From: Camelus dromedarius
Taxonomy: Eukaryota
Direction: 5' to 3'
Assembly: GCF_036321535.1 (NCBI RefSeq)
Contig: NC_087437.1
Span: 4,340,001 to 4,404,000 of the forward strand
Length of the DNA: 64,000 nucleotides
Position 1 is the stretch's first letter. Every line of letters begins with the position of its first letter. Position numbers and translations under genes: made by a program. A model generated the notes under the pieces. The model made no database searches, was not told where the DNA came from, and saw only the letters and a list, made by a program, of their open reading frames with translations. Positions 11,156 to 24,739 of this stretch are shown here, piece after piece.

Positions 11156-14100
11156 ACAATAATAAATCCAACAAGGTCCATGTGATAACTGGCTAGACCA
11201 TCGACAAACCCATTCCCTTGTCTTCCGAGGGCCATGGCTAGACCTCAGGTCCCGTCCTCATCGTCCCTTGCAGCTGACTGGACCACGTGGCTAGGGTGGA
11301 GCTGCCCGCGTGGGGGAGGAAGCGCTGACTGCCATCTCCAGGGCGTGCACTCAACTCCACTACCTCCTCAGCCCTCATCTGCCAGCCAGATGCAAAGGAT
11401 CCAGAAAAGATTCTGAGGACCCACCTCACTGGTGACAGAGGCAGAAATAACCCTTTCTGGGGCTGAACCACTGAGACGTGGGTGTGAATGGTTTCACAGT
11501 GAACCTCCCCTGGTTACCACAGACCAGCAGCAGGATTTCCCACTGCATCGTGAAATGAGAAATGCCTTCAGATTACTGCTCTCTGGGATTGAGGGGTGGT
11601 CTGCAAAGAGCTGGCTATCTCGGCTTGGTCATGTCCATCTCCTTGTCTACTCTGTCACAGCACCTGGGACAGTGCCTCCCTGAGGGCTGGAGGACCAAGC
11701 AGACCCGGACCCTCCTCGGGTAGCAAGGTACATGGGATTCAACGATGTACTTGCCCTCGGGGAGACAGATGGGCAAGGGTTACTTTGGACGAGAACATTC
11801 GGGAACACAGACTCCATGCAGAGCTCTTCCCTCTTCCTATTCAGGACTGCAGCGTGGTCCCTTCCACTGAGCTTACTTGGAGGAAAAACCCTCCAAGGAA
11901 AAGAAATGTAAAGAGCTGAACTTTCGTTTATGCTCATGTTACACAAAGCAAACACGGGAACATTCCTAAGTCTTCCGTGGCAAAAAAACCCCTGAAATTA
12001 TGCTTTTTCTTGACTTGGAAATTCAAACCAACCAAGACTGATTCAATGGCTACCAGGTAAAAGGCTTAACAAGCCATCTGGAGACACCAAAATGACACAG
12101 CCACAGATTCCAAGAGCTTAAAAACCTTAAGTGGAAAGATGGACAGTCTTTAAGAAAGACAGAGGCTCAATAATACATTTTAGGAACACAGGAAGAGATT
12201 CATTTCAAAAGGAAGAGGTGGAGGGAACCTGATAAATAATGATGATGAAGACAATGGCATTTGAGAAAATGAGGAGGATCCTTACCTGGCAAAGCAGCAG
12301 GGAAAAGCATGATGGCATGGAGGAACAGCATGTGCAAATGCCCAGAGGTAGGCAGTGGTTATCTATGGGTTCTTCTCAATGCCCCAACACCCTAGAGATT
12401 AGATGTACAGCATATCTGAAACCCTCTAATTCCCTGCCAGACAGAGGAAGCTGACATGAAGAGCGAGGGGAGAGTCGCCAGCATCCAACATTCAGATGGA
12501 CTCCACATGGTCACTAGATCTGAGAGTCGACCAAACCAAATGGACCTAATAAATCCCCAAAGATCAAAGAGAACAGTTGTCGGCATGGAAATGATACATT
12601 AATAGCTTCCCTGGAAATCACAGAAGGCAATCTGGAAGGCTTCTGAAACCAGGGTCCACAGCAGTGTTCCAGAACATGGAAGAAGCATGGAAGAACCCCA
12701 GGAGCAGCGACTTTACTCCAAGAGTTGCAGGGAAATGCTAAGCTGGTGTTCATTACTTTTAAATCACAGGATACATGAGTGGAATGTGTTATAAAAGGAA
12801 GAATTCATATTTTTAAGGTAGTATGAAAGACTTCCAACAAATTCAAACATTCCTCCGTGTTTGTACATAGGAACAATTCATGGGAGAAGTTCTATGCAGC
12901 CCTAATGGACTAGGTGTCCGGAATTGGGGTCCTGTTCTCTGGTCTGCCGGAACTGGCTGTGTGACCTTGGATAAGCCCCTGACCTGTTTCCCTGGCAACA
13001 GAGGTTTAAGGTAGGAGTCACTACTGCTGAGTTCCTCCTGTTCTGACACAGCCTAGCCCTCTGTTCTTGTCTTCTCTTTTTGACTCATGTTCAGGACACT
13101 GTAACTTTTTCTACTAGGAGCAGCTCAGGGGATGCAACCCTCCATCTGCTGTTTTGCTGGTTGGAAAAAAAAAAAAACAAATTCAACTGAACTGGAATAG
13201 CTACAAGCCTCGCATATTTTTAACTTTTCTTAGGAAGAATAGTTTTGTGATCATGCTTAAAATATTCACCATTCTTGCAAAAATAAAATTGTGGAAACCA
13301 GAACACAAAAACACAGTGTGAGTCCTCAGGGAACCATAATTCAGCAGAGATGCTTCTGGACCTCCCTGTTAATTCATTCACATTTAACTCATTTGACTTT
13401 GGACTGGCCAGCATGGTCCCAGTCACTGATAAGGCAGACAAGATCATTTTGGAGAAAGTTCAAGCAGAGAGATCGTATGGGAGGGGAGCCGGGAGGGAGA
13501 AGAGAAAACAGGGTCTCTGATTCCTACTGCAAACTCCCATCAGCACCAGAGATGGAAACCTCACAGAGTACCTGGAGCACAAACCAGTCATCTACTTGGG
13601 GCTCAAAGCTTTACAGTAGTTTGAATCAGCACCTCTGGTGATGCCCTCAACCAGCGTCACTCCTGAAGGTCCAGCCGAGGTCCTGATGGGACTGGCTGGG
13701 CACTAAAGGCAGGGATGTATGGCGGGTGGAGGGGGCGGGGAGAATGCAGCACAAGGCTTTGCATCAGTATGCTCTTCTGTTTAATAGTCAGAAAGACCTT
13801 TTCTTGCAGGATACAGACAACCCTCGAACCTCAGTCCCCATTACTGAAGAAAGCTGCATGGGCCCTGAGCTGGAGGGGCCCACGGGGTTCAAGCCAAGAC
13901 TTCAACTGCTGACTAAGCTGCCATAAGCCCCAGGACAACGCTCCTTCCCGGAATGGAGCTGGAGGAGGCTCCTGGCAAGTGCCGATAAGGAGGACTTACC
14001 TTGGACAGAGAAAGGGCTGCCTGGACACCAAGGAGGGAGAGTTAGAAACCACTGGGCACCCAGTAAGGGCTTAGGGAACAAGGAGGGAAAACTGAAAAAA

Positions 14101-14450
14101 ATCAGGGAAGGAAAAGAAGACAGTAATCACGTCCCCGGTGACAGACCCTACCAGGTGGCATGGTCCCACCGGGACTGCCGAGAAGCAGCTGACTCTTCTG
14201 GGTGCCCCAGCGAACACTGGGGCCGACCTTGGATCGAGGGTGTTGGGTGGCAGAGCCGGAAGAGGGAACTAGGGAACATATGTGGGAGCCAATTAAGAAC
14301 TGTGCCCTTTAGAACCAGTCACTTCACCTCTGACCATCGCACACCCATGCCTTATCCTATTAACTTGTGTGATAGCCTTGAGAGAGGTGATCAGGCAGCC
14401 ATACTGACCCTGGCAGATTAACCACAAGGGAAAGAAAGTGCCAGGCTGTT

Positions 14451-14492
14451 AAAAACAAACAAACAAACAAACAAACAAACAAACAAACAAAA
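14451..14492. repeat. (AAAC)n microsatellite
   Basis: Seen directly. Confidence 0.95.
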
Positions 14493-14802
14493 ATAGGTTG
14501 TTTCTTTTACACCGCAGCTGGCTCCTTGGCTCTGAGAACATAGTCCTACAGCAGGACGACTTACGTCCCACAGCTGCTGCCTGGACCCCAAGGACAGCCC
14601 CCAGTATCTCTTTCTTTGTCCTCTTTCTCCCCGTGAAGAGAGGGGAGAGCTCCACGGGAGGAAAGAGCCAGTAACAGGAGGTGCCTGGCACCAGTGGAGG
14701 GAAGACAGTGGGGGCGGAGGCTTCCAATAAAGAGACCCTGTGGCCGACTGAGTTCTGAGGCTGTCTCTGCTGGCTGCCTGGCTGACGGCTTCCCACTCGA
14801 AT

Positions 14803-14896
14803 ATTGTTTGTTTTTTTTAACAGAGGTACTGGGGATTGAACCCAGGACCTATGCATGCTAAGCACACACTCTACCACTGAGCTATTACCCTCCCCT
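14803..14896 (-). mobile_element. tRNA-derived SINE
   Basis: Reverse complement of the same SINE head (ggggattgaacccagg...ctaccactgagcta). Confidence 0.85.
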
Positions 14897-17449
14897 CTTT
14901 TCTGATTTTGTCCCTTCTCTCTCTGAATAATAAAGCAGCTTCCTTCTTCCCTTTGTCCCTTTGCCTCTATGAAGAATTCTTTCTCAGTCGGTGGGCAAGG
15001 ACCCACACATCGGCAGGGGAAGGCGGGGTGGCTTGCCATCTGTTTGGTGAGCTTTCCAGTTTGTGGGTTTCTCTATCTGTTAAGTCTGAGGATGAGCCCA
15101 ACCTGCCTCAGACTTTAACATTCATGGAAAAGCCACCAGGGGAGTTTAATAAAAATGCAGAGCCTGGCTGATTCCATCAGGGGAGGAGTTTTAGAGCTGG
15201 CATTTCTCCAAACCCAGGTGAGGCTGCGAAGCTGGGGGTCCCAGGACCACCCTTTGAGTAGTGAAGAGTGAAGTGATGAGGCATGAAAAGCATGTGGCCT
15301 GGCAGCTGGACCTTCACAGGTGCTGTAATAGATGGAAGCTTTCCGATTTCATCAGCAGTAGCAGGGCCAAGGCGCACTCTTAACGACCTTGAGGAGGTGA
15401 CGGTGACAACGGCCTGTACTGAGTACACACACGGAAGGGTCACACGTGCCCGTAGGTGCTCCCTCTTGCAACTCGCACCACAAACCTGTGAGCTGGTCAC
15501 CATTTCACAGGTCACTAGGTTGAGGCAACTGTGACAAAGGACATGTCCAAACAACACAAGGGACAGAGCTGGAGTCTGAAGCCTTGTTTCCCTAATTCCT
15601 CCCTCGGTCACTGATCCCGGTTCTCGGGGAGTAACAATCTAATGGAAAACAGCAGCCCATAAGGCCTTGGCAGTGGGTCGTCTACGGCCCCTGAAACCAG
15701 GGTCTAGACAACCCAACACTTCCTCCAAAAAAAAAAAAGAAAAAAGAAAAAGAACTTCCTCCTGCCACTTCTCTGAATTCTAAAATAATACCAAAAAATT
15801 TTTTAGTTACTCCCAAATTCCCTTTGGCCTCCCTCTTAATATGTTCTTCTTCTAAAGCTGATTGGTTTTTGCCTCCATGCTAGCCAGTATTCCATTCTTC
15901 AGAATGGAAAAGAATTCCTTTATTTTTAAGCACAACACACAGAAATAAAAACAGGGCCAGCTCATAGATCTGTCACAGTATCCTTGTAAAGATAAAATCA
16001 ATACATGGAAAGAACTCAGAACTCCTCAGCTATCTCCTTTCCCTGTTTTTGACGTTTGAATTAAAATCCCATGTCTAATGGGAGTTCCATACCTTGAGCA
16101 AGCTTTTTACCTTCTCTGGGTCTCAGTTTCATCTGCAGAGAAATGAGCCCATAATCGTCGTTAATTCTTTGGGTCTCTGTAAGGATCAGATGAAGCAGGA
16201 AGTGAGGAGATCTCAGCCTAGTGCGTGTATCCATAAATGTGAGCTATTTTTCTAGCTATTGTTTCAAGGGAACAAATGCTAGATTTTTATTTTTAAAAAA
16301 AAAATGAAATTTGAAGCCAGGCACACAAATTGCATTTTCCCTGTAATCCTCCACTTTTTTGGCTTTAAAAAAAGGGGAGGGGGGCAAATTAAGCCTTGTA
16401 TTTTGAGACACCAGACAGTTGAATGGTTTTTATAAATGAGATTAGGCACACAGAAATCCTGATGCTCTAATACTGTTTCCTTTAGGGCTGGGAAGATTCA
16501 ATGGATGCCTTAATAAGTCTTTTCAAGATGCCTTACCACCTCCAAGCCTGTTCAAACAGACTGAGAAGTTAGGGCACCTGTTTACACAATCAAATTCAAA
16601 TTGAACAACCATCATTTTTCCAGAAGCATGAGAGTGTTGTTCTGAAAAATAAAGTAGCATAGAGATGAAAGACAAAAAGCCCCATCGATTGTCAAAGAGA
16701 GCCCCCACACTGATAATTCAGAAGAAAAATTACAGGCTATTCCCATGACCCTGACCAGATTCCCCTAAAGATAAAGCACAGAGCAGATTATGGGCTGGAA
16801 GATGCTCAGCTGGGAAGAAATGAGGATTTTCTGAATGGCTCTAAGGATGGGGTTGCCCTTTTTAATGGTTTCTCCCCTCGCTGTCATCACCAGAAATTAG
16901 GTCATTCGTTACATGCGAGCTGGTAAGTAGCAGTTAACATCCTTTGTAAATTGTTAAATTTAAGGAACAGAGTCATCTCCCAGAATCGTGGGGCAAAAAT
17001 ACATCTAAGAAACGAAGAGGAGGGCAGACAGTAAGGACAGAGCTGACAGGCACGTATCCTTAAGTTGGCAAGTCCTTCTCACACACTATGACATCCTTTC
17101 ACTGGAACCTAAAGCAACTAAGAGGGCAAGAACATCTTGACGAAGGATCATCCAAACGTTGTCTGCCCAGAACCCCCTCTCAGAGAGCAGCACTGATGAA
17201 CACTGGGGGGGGAGGAAGGTGTGGAGTCATCGTAATTGTACCCTGAGCATCACTCCCCAAACGTTAGGACAATGCCTTTTTGAAAATAGACCATTACACC
17301 TGGAAGGGAGCCTGGATAACATCTAGCTGGGACCCTCTCTCCATTTTAGAGCAAAATAAGACTCAGAAGGACAAAGAGACCTTTCTCTCCAACGGCACCT
17401 CATCGCTGATGAGAAAGCCCAAGACAAAAGCTCCATGTCTCACTGTCTG

Positions 17450-18620
17450 AAACAAAAGCAAAACTAAACGAGTGGGGCTACGTCAAACTAAAAAGCTTTT
17501 GCACGCCCAAGGAAGCTATCAGCAAAACCAAAAGGCAGCCTACCAAATGGGGGGAAATATTTGCAAACCGTCTATCTGATAAGCATACAAGGAACTCACA
17601 AAACTCAACAGCAAACAAAAACAACCAACCTGATTACAAAATGGGCAGAGGACCTGAATGGACATTTTTCCCAAAGACGACATCCAGATGGCCAACAGGC
17701 ACATGAAAAGATGCTCAGCATCACTGATCATCAGAGAAATGCAAATCAAAGCCCGTCAGAATGGCTACTACCAAGAAGAGAACAAATAACAAGTATTGGC
17801 GAGGATGTGGAGAAAAGGGAACCTTCATGCTCTTCTGGTGGGAATGTAAGTTGGTGATAAATTGGTGCAGCCACGGTAGAAAGCAGTATGGAGGTTCCTC
17901 AGAAAATTACAAATAGGACCACCAGATGATCCAGCAATTTCAATTCTGAACATTTACCTGAAGAAAACAAAACACAGATTCAAAAAGATCCATGCACCCT
18001 CATGCTCAGGGCAGCATTAGCTATAACAGGCAAGACATGGCAGCAACCTGTGTCCTTCAATACATAAGTGAATAAAGAAGATGATTATATACCTGCATAT
18101 ACATATAGACAGAGACATATATGTGTCTATGTACGTATATATACAGTGCCATGAAACGTGAAATCTTGCCATTTGTGACAACATGGGTGGACCTAGAGGG
18201 TGTTATGCTAAGTGAAACAAGTCAGATGGAGAAACACAAGTACCATGTGGTTTCAGTTATGTGTGGAACCTAAAAAACAAAGCAAATGAACAACATAACA
18301 AAGCAGAAACTGACTCACAAATACAGAGGACAAACTGGTGCCTCCCAGAGGTGAGGGGTAGCGGAGATGAAGGATATAGGTGAGGGAGATGAAGAGGTAT
18401 GAACTTCCAGTTGCCAAATAAATAAGGCGAAAGGATGAAGTGTACAGTGAGGGGAATACAGTCAGTAACTAAGTGATATCTTTGAATGGTGACAGATCGT
18501 AATGGGACTTAATGTGGTGATCATTTTGTAATGCTAATCAATTCCCTATGTTAGACACCTGAAACCAACAAACTATTGTAAGTCAATTATACTTCAATAA
18601 AAATTTAAAAATAAAAATAA
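17450..18620 (+). mobile_element. Older LINE-1 fragment (ORF2 C-terminus plus 3'UTR, L1MA-like)
   Basis: Degenerate KWAEDLN and GEDVEKREP peptides; ends cttcaataaaa. Confidence 0.85.
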
Positions 18621-19123
18621 TGGACTGTTACGTGTTTCACCCTGCCTTTATTAACCCATTCAGGCAGTTATTGAGAATTGCCCCATCCCCCACCCCATCC
18701 CTGTCCAGATATTCTGCAAGGCAAGAGGGATTAATAGGGAACCAGGAACTCACCCTCTGCCTCTTAACTTTGTTTCTCAAAACCCAAGGATGGACTTTGT
18801 CACCATTTTGCCTGTTGCTTCTTAGAAGCATAGTCACAGCTGTGTCAGCAAAATCTCTCACCTCTCACCCCTTGTTCAATGTTCATAGAAAATTCCACAG
18901 TCTCGCACAGTGGAGTTCATTAGCTATTAGGTGGAACCATCTGACATTGCCATTTCTGCAGGTAAGAAACAGCTGAATATTGGCCATGTCACAGAGCTCA
19001 ACCTGATATTCCTCAGCGCCCTGAAATCTCTTAAAAAGAGAATCATCCTTCATTCTGATAAATCATCCTGGATAGTTTGTGAGAAGGTGTTACCTGGGTC
19101 TCAGAAAAATAAAGACTTTGGTC

Positions 19124-19260
19124 AGGGAGGAAGGGTATGCTCAGTGGCAGAGCGTGTGCTTAGCATACAGGAAGTCCTGGTTCAATCCTCAGAATCTCCA
19201 TTAAAACAAACAAATAAATAAACCTACTTATCCCCCACAATTTTTTAAAATAAATAAAAA
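19124..19260 (+). mobile_element. tRNA-derived SINE
   Basis: gctcagtggcagagcgtgtgcttagcat...ggttcaatcc plus A-rich tail. Confidence 0.8.
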
Positions 19261-19299
19261 AGTCTAGAGAATAGATCAATAAATAAATGTGGCATGGCA

Positions 19300-19860
19300 T
19301 GCATCCTGAGAAAAGTCTAATTCAAAAAGACACTTGCATCCCAGTGTTCAAAGCAGCACTATTTACAATAGCCAAGACATGGAAACAACCCAAATATCCA
19401 TTGACAGATGACTGGATAAGGAAGCTGTGGTGCGTTTATACAGTGGAATACTACTCAGCCATTAAAAAAAATAAAATAATGCCATTTGCAGCAACATGAA
19501 CCTGGAGATTGTCGTTGTAAATGAAGTAAGCCAGAAAGAGAAAGAAAAATGCCATACGATATCACTTCTAAGTGAAATCCAAAAAAAAAAAAGAACACAA
19601 ATGAACTTACGTACAAAACAGAAACAGACTCACAGACATAGAGAACAATCTTATGGTTACTGGAGGTTAAAGTGGGTGGGAAGGGATAAATTGGGAATTT
19701 GAAAATTGCACCTCTTGGGGAGTGATGGAAATGTTAGCTATGCTGATTGTGGTGGTGGTTTCATGGGTGAACACAGCTATCAAAATTCATCAACGTGTAC
19801 ATCTAAAATATGCATAATTTACTGTACAGGAATCATACCATAATAAAGGTGATAAATGAG
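19300..19860 (+). mobile_element. LINE-1 3' fragment with atypical 3' tail
   Basis: QKDTCIPVFKAALFTIAKTWKQPK peptide; tail shared with the copy at 24740-25816. Confidence 0.88.
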
Positions 19861-19904
19861 TGAATGAACGAATGAATGAATGAATGAATGAATGAATGAA
19901 TGAA

Positions 19905-19951
<47 letters not shown>
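19856..19951. repeat. Compound (GAAT)n(AAAT)n microsatellite at an L1 tail
   Basis: Seen directly. Confidence 0.95.
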
Positions 19952-20606
19952 GGTATATACACACACTAGAATACTTCAGAAGAGCAGAAAGGAAAAAAAA
20001 AAAAAAAAGACAATATACCCAGCATGGATGAACAAAGAGGACAGGCATGGCATTGAATGAAAGAAGCCAGTACAAAGAATTCAGGACTCAGTGTGCATGA
20101 AGACCCCGAACAGGTGAAACTATCTGACTGTGACAGAAGCCAGGAGCATCTTATGGTTCAGAAAGAGACAAGAGAAAACTTATGAAATGATGAAGGTGTT
20201 CAATGTCTTGAACCATGTCTTGGTTGCAGGGGTTTAACCCTATGTCAACATCCATCCAGCCGTAGACAGGATTGGTGCGCCATCTCCGCACGTTACCTGG
20301 GTATGGATTTTATAGCCCGAGTGAAAAAGAAGAAAGAAAAGTCCATTCTACCGACCTCATGATACCGGTTAGCACAGTGCTTCAGCACAGGCTCTGAAGG
20401 CAGGTCAAATCAGTCTGCCCCTAATAAGGTATCTGACCTTTGATGATAGACTTAACCTCTCTAAGCCTTGGATTTCTTCTCTCTGGAAGGGAGATGCATG
20501 GTAACACCTACCTTGTAGAGTCCAGGGAAGAATTCAGTAAGATGGTGTTCACGAGGCACATGGCACTCACCCTGGACCCCCCCGCCTAGCCGCGGCCCCC
20601 ACGTAC

Positions 20607-21100
20607 CAGCAGAGCCTCCGGGAGGTTGTGCCCCTCCGTGAAGGTGATGATGGCAGAGGTGATGCCCAGGGCGCTGAGCTCCAGCGTGGCGGTGCTGATG
20701 GTGTCGGCATCCTGGGCCCAGCCCGCCTGGAAGAACACTGCCACCTTCCTGAGCAGAAGGCCCGAGCGCACGCGCTTGAACAGGTGTCTTGCCACAAACC
20801 TCATGGCGCCCCCGAGGCTCCTGCTGCCGGAGGGCGCTTCCAGGGCCATCTCCCTGAGCGCCCGCAGGAGCGCGGGCCTGCCCCGGTAGTCGGAGAAGCG
20901 AACCAGGTGGTCTGTTCTGCTGTTGTACGAGACCACGGCCACCCGGGCCCCCGTGCGGCAGTTACCCCCACTTATTTCCATCTTCATCAACAGAGAGACA
21001 ACAATGTCTCTCATCCTCTCAAACTCCAGCTGGGAGACGTCATTTGATGTGTCCAAGGCGAAGACCAGGTCAGTCGGGAACACTGGGCATCTGGAGACAC
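20607..21100 (-). CDS. COL6A4: VWA domain C1 exon, 494 nt (GVSRCPVFPTDLVFALDTS...HNLPEALL)
   Basis: CPVFPTDLVFALD, NCxTGARVAVVSY and AMRFVARHLFKRVR motifs. Acceptor tgtctag|GT, donor CTG|gtacgt. Confidence 0.95.
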
Positions 21101-21188
21101 CTAGACACATGGACACGCAAATTTGGGATTGTCTGTAAGGCCTCTCAACAGGGGAAGGCGGGCATGAATAAGAAGAAATGTTATTTAC

Positions 21189-21200
21189 CTATTGAACAAG
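21189..21200 (-). CDS. COL6A4: 12-nt microexon (P-C-S-I-G)
   Basis: cccccttccag|CTTGTTCAATAG|gtaaat, phase 1-1. Positionally equivalent to the PCCY segment of COL6A3. Confidence 0.82.
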   Translation of the reverse strand, partial: LVQ

Positions 21201-23017
21201 CTGGAAGGGGGACGATTTGGGAGAGAAGAGAAGACACCGTTAGTTACCACGGGCAACAGCGTGTTTGACACGTGAAGGCTTCGGCTGAGAACCATCTCCT
21301 CTGAGACACTCGAGCCTCCCTGCCTCCTGCCTGAGTGTGGCAGAGACCTCGACTTGCTCCCCAATGCCCACTCTCCCTTTTTTCCAGGACAGAATCCCAG
21401 TCTCTGGCCAGGGGTCTGGCTGCCTAGAACAAAGACGATATTTCCCGGGGTGGGTAGCCAACTTACTTAGTTCTGGATAATAGAATCAGAAACCTGGCGG
21501 GCACAACGTTCTTCTCCTTTTCTTTCCTTTCCCTGCTGGCTGAAGCTTGATAGACATCTTGGACCATGAGGTGACGGGGAAATAGCATCCTTGCCCCAGT
21601 GGCAGAGCAAGAGAATACAAAGAGCCTGCCTCTCTGAGCACCGTGGAGTATCAGCAGCCCCAACTGGCCCCATCCAGGCTCCGACATGGTAACTACGTTT
21701 GTGTCTGTGCTTCTGGGCACTGAGCTCACACTGTGCTCACCTTCAACCTAATATCCTGAGCTACTCTGCAACTGTATCCACACATACCCACGTACATATA
21801 CACACATACCTTAAAGTACATACATATAATAAAATATATATTATATTATATTATGTGTGAGTGTGTGTACACAAGTAGTCTATTTTCATGGAAAATAGTA
21901 GAAAGCAAAAAATTAAAATCACCCTTAATTTATCATATGTATGTGCACATATGCACAGATATACTTTGTTGTTTTATTTTATAAAACTTGGAGCTCAGGG
22001 TATGTTCTATTCTGAATCTTTTTCTTTTCCCCTTATTGTGTGATAAACATCTATTCTTTCCAACAATAAATTGAGAGCAAAGTCATCTGGTCTAACATGG
22101 ACATCTCATAACTTCTTCCGCCAGCATCCCTTACTGGAACGTGCATCTGTGCATATCTGTCCAATTACAGCCCCATATAAGTTCTGATAATGCTGACGTG
22201 CATTAATGGCTCTTCAGAAAATTTGTGCCAATGGACATGCCTACATTTCTCAACTTTGGATAGGGATTTTTTTTTCCCCTCATTTTAAAAATCTTTCCAA
22301 TTTGAGCCACAAAAGAGTATCTAGTTTTAATTTGTATTTTTTGACTTCACGTGAGGTCAAACAACGGCAGATTTATTGTATTTTTTCTTTTCTGAATCCT
22401 CATTCATGTCTTTGGCCTGTTTTCAGTCTAAAAGACCTTTTTACATTTAGGTTTAGCAAATATGAAATCTCTGTGTTTGTAGATGAAAATGGTTGAGTAG
22501 CAGCGAGTTTACATATTTCAACATGATAGGGTAAAAAAGATAGGAACTTTGCCTGGGTTCATGGCTTGCAGTGCATATTTTTTCCCCTTTTTTCTGTTTG
22601 TTTTGGACTTCACGGTGCTCTTGAATGCAAAAGGGGTTTAACTTTTTACACAGCCAACTCTGAGACTCTTTCCCTTGGTGGTCAAGATAACGGTATTATT
22701 CTTTATGATTTCAAGGAAAAAAGATTCCAGATCTCCTTGAACAGCAACTGGATGGGAATGGACAGAACGTGGAAGAGTTAGCATCTTACAGGGCAGGATG
22801 ATAGTGGAGAAAATCCAGCTAAGCAGTTTGCCAGATCAGCGTTCTCTCCCTGTTGCCAGTGAGCAGAGAAATGTGCATATTATAGGATGCAAATATCCCA
22901 GAGAACATTAAGGACAGTAAATGAATTCCAATCTGGGAATGTGACAAGGCATTACTTAGGATTCAATGATTAATATTTCCATTTTTAAAACAAATGTTAA
23001 TTCAAAAGGTCACATTC

Positions 23018-23220
23018 TGCAGAATAGATAAACAAGATTATACTGTACAGCACAGGGAAAAATATGTAAGATCTTGTGGTAGCTCATAGTGAAAAAAAAA
23101 TGTGACAATGAATATATACATGTTCATGTATGACTGAAAAATTGTGCTCTACACTAGAATTTGACACAACATTGTAAAATAACTATTACTCAATAAAAAA
23201 TGTAAAAAAAAAAAGATATG
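23018..23220 (+). mobile_element. Short LINE-1 3' end with TSD
   Basis: TSD caaaaggtcac(a/g)ttc at 23003-23017 and 23221-23235; AATAAA and A tail. Confidence 0.85.
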
Positions 23221-23603
23221 CAAAAGGTCACGTTCATTACTAAAGGCTCTCCATTAATCCCTCTTCTTTAAACGGAGGAAATAAAAGAACAGAGCTCCTC
23301 TCTGCCTGTCTTGTGATAAAGAAACGCTGAGCTTCAGACACGCAGGTGTATGATTGTCAGTGTGTTGCATGAGGCGCCATATCGTGGTGGAATTTTTCTT
23401 CCTGCCTTTCACCCACTTCATTTTTCAGACCACACTGGGGACGATGACTTACCCAAGGTGGGGACTGAGCTGAATGTTAATTTATAATAGCCTTCTATGA
23501 TGGACCACCTCAGTCAAATCCCCAGATGACTTCTGTCCCCAGCCCACGATCCATCCCCACTTCACATCACTGGCTCCTTTGGAGCCTTTCCCACACAACT
23601 TAC

Positions 23604-23640
23604 GGCAGTTTTCTCGAGCAAGATGGATGATTTCGCAAGG
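23604..23640 (-). CDS. COL6A4: 37-nt post-helix exon (PCEIIHLARENC)
   Basis: tttctcacag|CCTTGC...TGCC|gtaagt. Conserved C-x9-C segment after the collagen VI helix. Confidence 0.92.
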
Positions 23641-24639
23641 CTGTGAGAAAGATGGAGAAAGAGAGGAAACGGTATTTAATTTGAAGCATATCTCTCCTCA
23701 CCCTCGTGACTTAGAAATGCCATATGGATGTTATCAGTGCCTATCTTAAGCTTCTGAATCCACAAAAGGAAACCCAAAAGTTCTTACAGCAGATGGAACT
23801 CCCCAGAAGTTATCATTCTAGATCCAGTGGATATTTTAAAATATTTGTAGCATTTTATATACAATAGAGTGCCCATTTGATTAGAGACAGGCAGATGAGG
23901 GGACCTCTTTTTTTTTTCCCCCTGAAGGAATCAAATCTGCTTTTGAAGAAGTTGAGTTCCAGGAATCTCAGCACAGAAGGCAGAGGAGTGCCTTCAAGTC
24001 TTGGAGCTGTGTATTAGTGATTCCTGTGACACTTCTTTAGAATGGCGGCCAAGACCCTCCAACCCCAACACCTCCCCTGGAATTCTGCTTCGTCCTCTCA
24101 ATGCTGTTCTTCCCTCGACCTCACCACTTCTGGCTTCTCAAGTGCCCCAAGATCTGCCCCCGCCTCCCCCATAGGTACCTTGCTCCTGGGAGATGAAAAA
24201 TCATCGTAACTTTTGAGACTGGTTCCAGGTGGACCATAAGACAGAGTGGTCTGTAGTACACTATGTGTTGACTTATAAATACTTTATAAGCAATTTTTGA
24301 AGTTACAAAAAGGCTTTCTTTCTTTCTTTCTTTTTTTTTTTTTTTTTTGCACAGGGCTAGTAGCCTCAAAGTCTTTCATTTTACGTCAACTAGTGTTACT
24401 TTAAAATATCCAGATTTAGACTCTTATTCTACACTTTAAATTATTTAAGATATTATTTCAGCATTTAAAATATTATTCTGCTCCTTTTATTTGATTTGGT
24501 CATACCCTACCAGAGCAAAGTCTATAAACTAAGAACTTGTAAAAGAAGAAACTAAGGAACCTTTACAGAGTTCTATTTTGTGAAAGTGGAAAACTGTGTT
24601 CTGAAAATAATCAAGTCTAGAATTAAAATCTTCACATAC

Positions 24640-24675
24640 CGTCATATCTGCCAAACCTTGGGGGCCCTTGATGCC
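24640..24675 (-). CDS. COL6A4: Last helix exon, 36 nt (GIKGPQGLADMT)
   Basis: ccttccag|GGC...ACG|gtatgt. Confidence 0.92.
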
Positions 24676-24739
24676 CTGGAAGGAACAGAAATGGGTTCAA
24701 AATGCAAGATTCTGGAATTCCAATACAGTACAGTGAAGA

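Noticed and set aside
21090..21092. Acceptor ctccag| at 21090 for the C1 exon
   Set aside because: It is phase 2 and incompatible with the upstream phase-1 donors. The acceptor at 21100 keeps the frame.
23453..23469. 17-nt segment cag|CTCAGTCCCCACCTTGG|gtaagt as the linker microexon
   Set aside because: It is frame-shifting with a poor pyrimidine tract. The 12-nt exon at 21189-21200 fits both phase and homology.
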